Shown one piece after another: positions 7,705 through 14,447 of a stretch of DNA of 14,447 nt (positions within the stretch are counted from its first letter, which is position 1; every line of letters begins with the position of its first letter). The translations under genes were made by a program, and so were the position numbers. Source of the DNA: an uncultured bacterium (GTDB lineage Bacteria; Hydrogenedentota; Hydrogenedentia; Hydrogenedentales; JAEUWI01); the NCBI GenBank assembly GCA_963977445.1, contig CAXBPH010000177.1:1-14447 (forward strand). The letters run 5' to 3'. A model generated the notes under the pieces. That model did no database searches. It was not told where the DNA came from and was given only the letters and a program-made list of their open reading frames with translations.

Positions 7705-8915
7705 TTCGGCAACTCTTTTTCCATAAGTATCTCGAAAACATCCGCCATGGCCTGCCCGCCTGCGCATGCGCCCTCGCACTGGCCCTCCCCTGCATCGCAG
7801 TCGCCGGTCCCAACCGACAGGTGACGGACGCCAACGTCCTCTATGCCACGGGGCAATTCCAGGAGGCGCTGGATATTTATGATCGCCTGGCCGAAGAGCG
7901 ACCGGACAATGCCGAGCTGAAATTCAATCAGGGTGCCGCCCAATTCAAATTGGGCAACCTGGAAGAAGCGCAATCGGCCTTTGAAGCGGCCGGCCAACTC
8001 AGCGAGAAGCCCGCCCTCCAGGCGCTGTCTTCCTACAACCTCGGCAATTGCGCGGGCCAAAAGGCCCAGTCCCTCGTCGAGGAAGACCCTGAAAAGGCCA
8101 TCGAGACCCTCACCCAGGGAATTCGCCACTACAAAGACGCCCTGGCGAAAAACAGCAAGCTCACCGAAGCGGCAGAGAACCTGGAAACCACACGACGGGT
8201 TATCCAGCAGTTGCGGCAACAACAGCAGCAGCAGCAGGAACAACAGCAGGAACAACAGCAGGAACAACAGCAGAAGCAAGATGAGGCCAAAGAAAAGCTG
8301 GACGAACTCATCGAGGAGCAGGAGCAGAATAAGGACGCCTCACAGCAGGCCGCCGAGCAGCAAGAAGACCCCAACCAGCCCGATCCCAGTCAACAACAGA
8401 TGGATGAGCAGGCGAAAAACCAGCAGTCCACCCGTGAAGATACTGAAGAGTTGGCCGATTCCATGAGTGAAGACCAGGAATCCCCTTCGCCCATGGACGA
8501 AGCCAAAGAACACGCAGAGAAATCGGCGGAGAAGCAGAAAGAAGCGGAAGAACATCTCCGCAATCAGGAGCCCGAGAAAGCCAACGAAGCCCAGGAAGAA
8601 GCGCTGGACGAATTGAAGCAGGCCCGGGAATCTCTGGATCAGGATCAGGAATCTGACGAAGAACAACAGCAGGATGGCGACTCAAAAGACGGTGAGAAGG
8701 AAGAGAAGAAACCTTCGGAACCGAAGGAAGATTCAAAGAAGCCTGAAGACGCCGACAAATCTTCGGAGTCCCAGGAAAGCAAGGCCGAGGAAATGAATGA
8801 AGTGGCGCCACCCGATGCGACGGCCCGTGATATCCTCGAGCAGGAAAAACAAAACAAAGAAATTCGCGCCCTTCAGCAAATCGTAAGCGGGCAGCCTGTA
8901 GATAAGGACTGGTGA
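7701..8915 (+). CDS. batC: BatC-like TPR protein with Q/E/K-rich tail
   Basis: Signal peptide, TPRs (FNQGAAQFKLG, SYNLGN, AAENLE), low-complexity acidic region, and the BatC-type C-terminus 'ARDILEQE...VDKDW'. Confidence 0.85.
   Translation: MIRQLFFHKYLENIRHGLPACACALALALPCIAVAGPNRQVTDANVLYATGQFQEALDIYDRLAEERPDNAELKFNQGAAQFKLGNLEEAQSAFEAAGQLSEKPALQALSSYNLGNCAGQKAQSLVEEDPEKAIETLTQGIRHYKDALAKNSKLTEAAENLETTRRVIQQLRQQQQQQQEQQQEQQQEQQQKQDEAKEKLDELIEEQEQNKDASQQAAEQQEDPNQPDPSQQQMDEQAKNQQSTREDTEELADSMSEDQESPSPMDEAKEHAEKSAEKQKEAEEHLRNQEPEKANEAQEEALDELKQARESLDQDQESDEEQQQDGDSKDGEKEEKKPSEPKEDSKKPEDADKSSESQESKAEEMNEVAPPDATARDILEQEKQNKEIRALQQIVSGQPVDKDW
8217..8273 (+). repeat. In-frame poly-Gln tract plus 3 perfect copies of a 12-bp unit
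   Basis: CAA CAA (CAG)5, then GAACAACAGCAG x3 (8238-8273), encoding Q7-(EQQQ)3 within batC. Confidence 0.9.
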
Positions 8916-8916
8916 T

Positions 8917-10755
8917 ATGACGGCCCCATTACATCGATATCGAATGTGGTTTCTTCTTGCCCTTATCATTTCCTATGTAGAGGTGGTTGCAGCCCAGTCC
9001 GAGATTTCGGTCAGCGTTGGCGTCGAGTCGCAGGATGTGGTCGTGGGCGAACCCCTGACCTATCGCATTCAAATCGAGGGCACCAACGACGTGGAGGCTC
9101 CGGATCTCGCCAGCCAGACCGACGATTTTGACGTGCAGTTTACGGGCCCCCAACGGAGCAATGGCCAGTCCATTACCATGATTAACGGCCGCACCACGAC
9201 CATTGTCAGCAAAAAAACCATTCTCGACTTTCAACTTACCCCACGACGTACCGGCACCCTCGTTATACCCGCCACCGAAGTCATGGCCGACGGCAAGCCC
9301 TACGCCACCCAGGCCGTCCCGATTAAGGTGGGCGAACCCCGGCCCAACACGGACTTCTATCTCGTGGCCGAGCTTTCGAAGAATACCGGCTATGTGGGTG
9401 AAGCCATCTATTTGAAAACAATTTTTTATGTGGGCAAGCAAATTGGTGACCTGAATTTTTCCATGCCCGTCCTTTCTCTCGATAAGCTGGACACCAAATC
9501 CATTCCTGCTACCGCCGGCAGTGGTCAGGATCCCTTCGATTTTGAAATCGCGGGCCAGCGCGTCTCTGCCAAGCGGGGCCAGGGCACCTACAACAACGCA
9601 TCCTTCACCACCCTGACCTTTCGCCAGGTGCTTATCCCCAAAAGCGAAGGTACCATCACCATTCCCAAATCCCTCGTCTCTGGCCAGGTGGCAACAGGGC
9701 GACGCGTCCGAAGCCGTTCTTTCCTCGGTGGCCTGACTCAGGAAGTGGAAACCATGGTCGTCGCCACGGAAGAACTGACCTTGACGGTCAAACCCCTGCC
9801 CGAAGACGATAAGCCAGCGAATTTCTCCGGCCTGGTCGGCGCCTATTCCCTCGCGACCACCGCCAGCCCCACTACCGTCAATGTGGGCGACCCCATTACC
9901 CTCAATATCGTTATTTCCGGATCAGATTACATCGAACATGTTGATCTCCCGCCCCTCCAACAGCAACAGGAGCTCGCCGCCAATTTCCGTATTCCCCAGG
10001 AAATGGCCCCGGGCATCGTGCAGGGCGTCAGCAAACGTTTTACCCAGACGGTCCGGGCACAGCACGCTACGGTCACCGAAATTCCGCCCCTCCAACTCTC
10101 CTATTTCAACACCGAAACCGGCAGCTACGACACCCTGTCGAGCAACCCCATCCCCTTGACCGTTCGTGAGACCACCATGGTCACCGCAGACGACGCAGAA
10201 GGCTTTCAACCCGCCCGCGAGACGGTGGAACACCTGCGGGTAAACGAGGGCATCGCCCATAATTTCACCGACGAATCCACCCTCACTCCCCAGCGCTTTG
10301 GCCCCACCGTATGGCTCCGCACGACGGGTTCCTGGCTCTTCTTGCTCGTGCCGCCCTTCCTCTTTGCTGCTTTGGTCGCCCTGCGATTCATTCAGGCACG
10401 GGGTGGTCTCTTCGCTACGGATCGTCGGCAACAGAACGCCCTGCCCACCTTGGAAGCCACCCTCCAGGGACTCGATACGTCCCAGGAAGTCTATGGACCC
10501 GTCCTCGATGGGTTGCGCGAATTTCTGGGCACCCGTCTGGAACGTCAGGCCAGTGCACTGACCTTTTCCGATACGGAACCCCTCCTGCACCGTCGGGGGG
10601 TGAGCGAGGCGCAGATTCAGACGCTGAAAGCGCTCTTCGAAGAATGTGAAGCCCATCGCTATGCGGGTGCGTCAGGTGCCTCAACCGAAAATGCGGGTTT
10701 TGTAAACCGTGTATTGGATTGTGCCCGCGCGCTGAACAAGGAGTTGGGAAAATGA
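8917..10755 (+). CDS. batD: BatD family protein
   Basis: 612 aa with a signal peptide. Repeated Ig-like BatD modules (VVVGEPLTYRIQI, ITMINGRTT, LTPRRTGTLVIP, YVGEAI, VKPLP...NFSGLVG, VNVGDPITL, IPPLQLSYFN), then a TM helix and C-terminal helical domain. AAGGA RBS at 8904-8908. Confidence 0.9.
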   Translation: MTAPLHRYRMWFLLALIISYVEVVAAQSEISVSVGVESQDVVVGEPLTYRIQIEGTNDVEAPDLASQTDDFDVQFTGPQRSNGQSITMINGRTTTIVSKKTILDFQLTPRRTGTLVIPATEVMADGKPYATQAVPIKVGEPRPNTDFYLVAELSKNTGYVGEAIYLKTIFYVGKQIGDLNFSMPVLSLDKLDTKSIPATAGSGQDPFDFEIAGQRVSAKRGQGTYNNASFTTLTFRQVLIPKSEGTITIPKSLVSGQVATGRRVRSRSFLGGLTQEVETMVVATEELTLTVKPLPEDDKPANFSGLVGAYSLATTASPTTVNVGDPITLNIVISGSDYIEHVDLPPLQQQQELAANFRIPQEMAPGIVQGVSKRFTQTVRAQHATVTEIPPLQLSYFNTETGSYDTLSSNPIPLTVRETTMVTADDAEGFQPARETVEHLRVNEGIAHNFTDESTLTPQRFGPTVWLRTTGSWLFLLVPPFLFAALVALRFIQARGGLFATDRRQQNALPTLEATLQGLDTSQEVYGPVLDGLREFLGTRLERQASALTFSDTEPLLHRRGVSEAQIQTLKALFEECEAHRYAGASGASTENAGFVNRVLDCARALNKELGK

Positions 10756-11609
10756 GCCACCCAATCCGATTAATGATTGCCCTCTTCGTTGCCTTTGTCA
10801 CTTGCTGCGGTCCCCAGGCGACTGCCGCCGCTATGGAACGGGACACCCAGCTCCGCCTCCTCAACGAGGCCACCGAAGCCTTCCGGAACGGCAATGAACT
10901 CCTCAGCACCGATAAGGAGGGCGCGCAAGATAACTACGAGAAAGCCACCCTCCGCCTGGAGCGGATCATTCGCGAAGGGGGTGTGGAGAATGGGAAGCTC
11001 TACTACAACCTGGGCAACATCTGGTTTCAACGGGGCGACCTGGGCCGCGCACTGGTCAACTATCTCCGTGCCCAGCAATACATGCCCAACAACGTGCAGC
11101 TCCAACAGAATCTCAGCTTCGTGCGCCAGCAGCGCGCCGATTCCTTTCAGGAATCAGAAAAGCGCAAGGTCCTGAAGACCCTCTTCTTCTGGCACTATGA
11201 TCTGGCGTCCCAGACCCGACTGACGCTCTTCAGTGGCCTCTTCCTGCTGCTTTGGGTATTGGCCACCCTCCGTCTCTTCTGGAAACGGCGGGAGCTCAGC
11301 GTCGCCGTGGCCCTGTGCGCAATGCTCTCGGGCCTGCTCTTTATCTCCCTGAGTATCGAGGCCTCCCAATACCGCAACAACCCCAAAGGCGTGGTCGTTG
11401 CGGATGAAAGTGTGGGACGCAAGGGTGATGGCGAAACGTACCAGCCCAGTTTCAGCGAACCCCTTCACGCCGGCACGGAATTTACCGTCCGGGATGACCG
11501 GGGAAGTTGGATTCTCGTGGCCCTGGCCGATGAGCGCACCTGCTGGTTGAAACGTAGCGAAGTGGCCCTGGTCCAGGACAACGTGGGCAGCGACGCGGCA
11601 ACGTCCTGA
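10752..11609 (+). CDS. batE: BatE-like TPR + SH3-like membrane protein
   Basis: Start ATG 10752 overlaps the batD stop. 'LYYNLGNIWFQRGDLGRALVNYLRA...NLSF' TPR, two TM helices, and SH3-like 'LHAGTEFTVRDDRGSWILVALADERTCWL'. Confidence 0.88.
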   Translation: MSHPIRLMIALFVAFVTCCGPQATAAAMERDTQLRLLNEATEAFRNGNELLSTDKEGAQDNYEKATLRLERIIREGGVENGKLYYNLGNIWFQRGDLGRALVNYLRAQQYMPNNVQLQQNLSFVRQQRADSFQESEKRKVLKTLFFWHYDLASQTRLTLFSGLFLLLWVLATLRLFWKRRELSVAVALCAMLSGLLFISLSIEASQYRNNPKGVVVADESVGRKGDGETYQPSFSEPLHAGTEFTVRDDRGSWILVALADERTCWLKRSEVALVQDNVGSDAATS

Positions 11610-11783
11610 GTCCTCCCCCCATGCCGGGCATTCTCTTGCAAAGCTCGAACGCGGGCGACGAACGGCCAACGCACCGGCAGCCTGACCGCTATCGCCTAGA
11701 AAGCAGCCTGCGCTCCCAAGCTCCAAATCTGGACGCTGGAGACCAAATGACTTGGAAAATGTCCGAGATGAATCTTCGCTTAG

Positions 11784-12749
11784 TTAGGCGATTAGCGCCC
11801 GCAAGGCGTCGAGGGCCGCTTGGAAATCCGGGGGCGGCGGTGCCGAAAGCGTAACACGCTCTCCGGTCCGGGGATGGGTAACACCCAAGCGCTCCGCATG
11901 AAGGGCCTGACCTATCAAACCTTTCAGGGCAGCCCGTAGTTCGTCGGAAATATTCCAATGGCGATATTCGTATTCACCATAGACCGGATCACCCAAGACA
12001 GGGCGATTGGCAAAGCGCATGTGTACACGAATCTGATGGGTGCGGCCCGTCTCCAATTTGAGACCGACAAGGGAAGCAATCCCGAATCGCTCCAGCACCT
12101 CAAAATTAGTCACCGCATCCTTCGCCCGAATACCCGTCACTGCCATGCGGCTCCGGTCACTGAGACTACGGCCGATATTGGCGTTGATACGCCCTCTGTT
12201 TTCCTGGAATTCGTCCCGAACCAGACAGAGATACTGACGCTCAAAGGTATGGGCCGCCGCCTGGGCAGACAGGTGTTTGAAGGCGGGCTCGTTTTTCGCT
12301 ACGACCATCACACCCGAGGTGTCCCGGTCGAGCCGATGCACAATACCCGGGCGAATAAAGTCTTCGCCCGCCCGCTTGAAATCAGGGCACGCATGGAGAA
12401 TGGCATTGACGAGGGTACCCGTATGATGACCCGGCGCAGGATGGACTACCATGCCCGACGCCTTGTTCACCATGACCATATCTTCGTCTTCGTAGAGTAT
12501 GTCGAGGGGAATGTCTTCCGGCTCGGGCCACGACGAAGGCGAGGGCGGCACATCGATGGTCAGGGATTCTCCAGGCACCATTGTGCGGCTGGGCTTGCTG
12601 ACAATCTCACCGTTAACGGTTACCCGATTGTCTTTAATTAGTTTCTTTATGAAAGAACGGGTGGCATCTTCCACCACCCCGGCGAGATAGACATCCAGGC
12701 GGAGTCCACCGTCTTCTTCTTCCGTTATACAATCAATAATTTCGCTCAA
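11784..12749 (-). CDS. rluD: RluA-family 23S rRNA pseudouridine synthase with S4 domain (RluD type)
   Basis: RLDVYLA S4 domain, PEDIPLDILYED, VNKASGMVVHPAPGH, catalytic RPGIVHRLDRDTSG, LETGRTHQIRVH, GDPVYG, QALHA. TTG start. Confidence 0.93.
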   Translation of the reverse strand: MSEIIDCITEEEDGGLRLDVYLAGVVEDATRSFIKKLIKDNRVTVNGEIVSKPSRTMVPGESLTIDVPPSPSSWPEPEDIPLDILYEDEDMVMVNKASGMVVHPAPGHHTGTLVNAILHACPDFKRAGEDFIRPGIVHRLDRDTSGVMVVAKNEPAFKHLSAQAAAHTFERQYLCLVRDEFQENRGRINANIGRSLSDRSRMAVTGIRAKDAVTNFEVLERFGIASLVGLKLETGRTHQIRVHMRFANRPVLGDPVYGEYEYRHWNISDELRAALKGLIGQALHAERLGVTHPRTGERVTLSAPPPPDFQAALDALRALIA

Positions 12750-12788
12750 CGTGTTCGTACTTTCTATCGGCGCGTGTGCGCAACCTGT

Positions 12789-13247
12789 CTATCCGTGGAT
12801 GTCACGAAAATGCATTACCGCGGCCATGAAATCATCCCCCAGAAAATGAGGGAGATAGTCGCCGGCCTCCTCGGCCTCTACCCGTGCGGAAACGGTCGTA
12901 ATCGCCTGGGCCAGCAAATCCACCATGACACACCAGAGGTCATAGTTATCCCGCCAGTAGGCCGTATCCGATTCCAGCACAGCCACCATCAAATCACCCT
13001 CATGGAGGGCCGCCTTTTGAAAGGGGTCCGACATGAGACGGGCAATCGCAGCGGGTATGGTGAAACGCGGACTTACTTTCCACTGCAGCAATTGCAGTAA
13101 CTCTCCGGGATTCAGCTTGCCAACGGGCTTGGTCGCCAGTGCAGCGGCATGGGACGGGGCGTCATACTCGTCTACCGAGAAGGTCCAGTCTTCGTCTTCC
13201 AGCGCCGCAAGTGAACGGGAGCTATCAAAGGCGATGGGATTATCCAT
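12789..13247 (-). CDS. Contact-dependent inhibition immunity-like protein (CdiI_3-like), orphan
   Basis: 152 aa with a GAGAGG RBS. The pattern SLAALEDEDW...LATKPVGKLNPGELLQLL...IPAAIARLMSDP...HEGDLMVAVL...YW matches my recollection of the CdiI_3 family consensus (SLE.LE...W; KP+..+..EDL; P+A+..L..NP; GDLL.AVL...FW). Confidence 0.7.
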   Translation of the reverse strand: MDNPIAFDSSRSLAALEDEDWTFSVDEYDAPSHAAALATKPVGKLNPGELLQLLQWKVSPRFTIPAAIARLMSDPFQKAALHEGDLMVAVLESDTAYWRDNYDLWCVMVDLLAQAITTVSARVEAEEAGDYLPHFLGDDFMAAVMHFRDIHG

Positions 13248-13353
13248 GGAAAGTCCTCTCTATGCGCAACGCCGTCGAAAAAGAGCAGGAGCCGCCATGT
13301 GAGAGTCCCGCCCTGCAGACGACATACCAGACGCCATTCCGGGCAACCCCCCA

Positions 13354-13362
13354 ATTATAGCA
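13354..13362 (-). promoter_or_regulatory. Extended -10 promoter for the cdiI-like/rluD unit
   Basis: - strand reads TGcTATAAT, a perfect extended -10, about 105 nt upstream of ATG 13247. Confidence 0.65.
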
Positions 13363-13421
13363 TGAACGGCACGGGGAGGTACTGATTTTAAGGTCGAGTA
13401 GATACGTGGAGTCCAAATTTC

Positions 13422-13450
13422 TTTATACGGACACCCACCCATGCTACACT
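13422..13450 (+). promoter_or_regulatory. sigma70 promoter driving the structured leader and sialidase-like gene
   Basis: TTTATA (13422-13427)-N17-TACACT (13445-13450), with extended TG at 13442-13443. Predicted TSS ~13456. Confidence 0.6.
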
Positions 13451-13453
13451 ATG

Positions 13454-13628
13454 GAGGTCCCCCTGTATTGGGGGAACATCATGAATTAGCACCTGCTTTC
13501 ATCCCCGTCGGTGGCCTTTTATCTATTCATAGACCCCACCGGCGGCAACCACAGCAGGTGCACGCAAATCCCATGGCCTACCCCATGAAACCATGGAGGG
13601 GGTGCCTCGGTCCGATTGTAGTACCCCC
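13454..13628 (+). ncRNA. Candidate structured RNA (leader or sRNA), family unassigned
   Basis: Stems at 13458-63/13470-75, 13489-97/13553-61 (9 bp perfect), 13505-14/13536-45 (10 bp, 1 GU), 13583-87/13592-96 and 13598-605/13621-28 (1 GU). The GU wobbles favour the + strand, and the element begins at the predicted TSS. Confidence 0.45.
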
Positions 13629-13655
13629 GTCACTGGAAGCAAGGAGAGCGCGCCC

Positions 13656-14447
13656 ATGATAACCCGTCTACTTTGTCTGATTTTCCTGGCCACGGCCATC
13701 AGTACACCCGCCCTGGACAGTGAGCTCATTTTCCCCATGGACCCCAAGCATAACCATGGGTCCAGCATCATCGAAACGCCCTCGGGTGATCTTTTGGCCT
13801 GCTGGTTTCATGGTTCCGGCGAGCGAAATTCAGACGATGTATTGATTCAGGGCGCGCGAAAGCGAAAGGGAGAAAGCACCTGGAGTGCACCCTTCCTCAT
13901 GGCCGACACCCCCGAATTGCCCGACTGTAATCCCGTCCTCTTCATGGATCCCCGGGGCACCCTGTGGCTCTTCTGGATCGCCGTGCAGGACAATGAGTGG
14001 GGCGGCTCCCTCCTCAAGTACCGCACCACCAACGACTATGACGGAGACGGACCACCGGCCTGGACCTGGCAGGACACCATCCACACCCGCCCCCTCAACC
14101 TCGAGCCAAAAATGACGGCCACTCTCGACCAGATTGAAACGGAGTATGCCCCGCTCCTTACCGAAAACCCCCGCATTCAAGGGATGCTGGACGCACTTCG
14201 GGAAACCTTGCCAAAGAAAATCCACCGGCGCTTGGGCTGGATGACGCGCATTCACCCCATTATGACCAGTGAAAACCGAATCATGCTCGGTCTCTATTCC
14301 GATGTATGGAACACCTCCCTCGCCGCCTTCACCGAAGACTGGGGCAAGACTTGGACCACGGGCGAGCCCATCCTGACGCCCCAGCTCGGTAACATCCAGC
14401 CCGCCTTTGCCCAACGTAAGAACGGCGATATCGTCGTGTACATGCGC
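13656..14447 (+). CDS. BNR/Asp-box repeat, sialidase-like secreted protein; 3' end runs off the window
   Basis: Manual translation, open for 264 codons to the window edge, with AAGGAG RBS at 13641-13646. MITRLLCLIFLATA signal, HGSSIIETPSGDLLACWFHGSGE, PDCNPVLF, LWLFW, LGWMTRIHP, Asp-box TEDWGKTW (14331-14354), IQPAFAQRKNGDIVVYMR. Confidence 0.9.
   Translation, partial: MITRLLCLIFLATAISTPALDSELIFPMDPKHNHGSSIIETPSGDLLACWFHGSGERNSDDVLIQGARKRKGESTWSAPFLMADTPELPDCNPVLFMDPRGTLWLFWIAVQDNEWGGSLLKYRTTNDYDGDGPPAWTWQDTIHTRPLNLEPKMTATLDQIETEYAPLLTENPRIQGMLDALRETLPKKIHRRLGWMTRIHPIMTSENRIMLGLYSDVWNTSLAAFTEDWGKTWTTGEPILTPQLGNIQPAFAQRKNGDIVVYMR

Larger units (their letters stand above)
2572..11609 (+). other. 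moxR-DUF58-orf-batABCDE operon (Bacteroides aerotolerance-type MoxR/VWA/TPR cluster)
   Basis: Eight co-oriented genes in the canonical order. ATGA stop/start overlaps at 6691-6694, 7701-7704 and 10752-10755; other gaps are 58, 12, 3 and 1 nt. Confidence 0.9.

Noticed and set aside
2626..10656. Long antisense ORFs (2626-3471, 3590-4372, 5651-6229, 6598-7437, 7626-8279, 9922-10656)
   Set aside because: They are shadow frames of well-supported + strand genes in GC-rich DNA, with no recognisable motifs.
11610..11783. Convergent intergenic region: nested CCAAG-CTCCA...TGGAG...CTTGG stem, possible REP remnant or terminator, and short ORFs
   Set aside because: The stems are imperfect, there is no U-tract and only a single copy in the window, and the ORFs lack RBS or motifs.
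11958..12641. 227-aa + strand ORF
   Set aside because: It is an antisense shadow of rluD.
13278..13317. - strand GCAGGG...TCCTGC-TCTTTTT as an attenuator in the cdiI-like leader
   Set aside because: A 6-bp stem with a ~20-nt loop is too weak to call.
13544..13607. Partial resemblance to a c-di-GMP-I riboswitch (GGCAA...ACGCAAA...GGCCTA...TGCC)
   Set aside because: It lacks the GNRA-capped P1 and a well-paired P2, and the segment is tied up in a stronger 9-bp stem. Only cmscan could revive this.
13830..14414. 194-aa - strand ORF
   Set aside because: It is antisense to the BNR/sialidase-like gene, which has an RBS, signal peptide and family motifs.

Overview
Bacterial, GC-rich chromosomal window with no mobile element, CRISPR array, tRNA or rRNA. 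Its core is a complete, translationally coupled 8-gene MoxR/Bat cluster on the + strand (2572-11609): moxR, DUF58, a Bat-associated membrane protein, and batA-batE. It is preceded by a textbook sigma54 (-24/-12) promoter. On the left are a truncated PKD/Ig-domain lipoprotein gene (- strand, missing from the ORF track) and a divergent LolA-like gene. On the right are a convergent rluD-type pseudouridine synthase, an orphan CdiI-like immunity gene, a promoter-driven ~175-nt structured RNA candidate, and a truncated BNR/Asp-box sialidase-like gene (+ strand, also missing from the ORF track). The LxGCP-PKD lipoprotein style is reminiscent of Candidatus Hydrogenedentota (inference only). Most genes belong to known families; all family calls are from motif recognition by eye, not database searches. 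The best novelty leads are the sigma54 control of the Bat cluster, the structured RNA, the orphan immunity gene, and the LolA-like/lipoprotein/Bat co-location.
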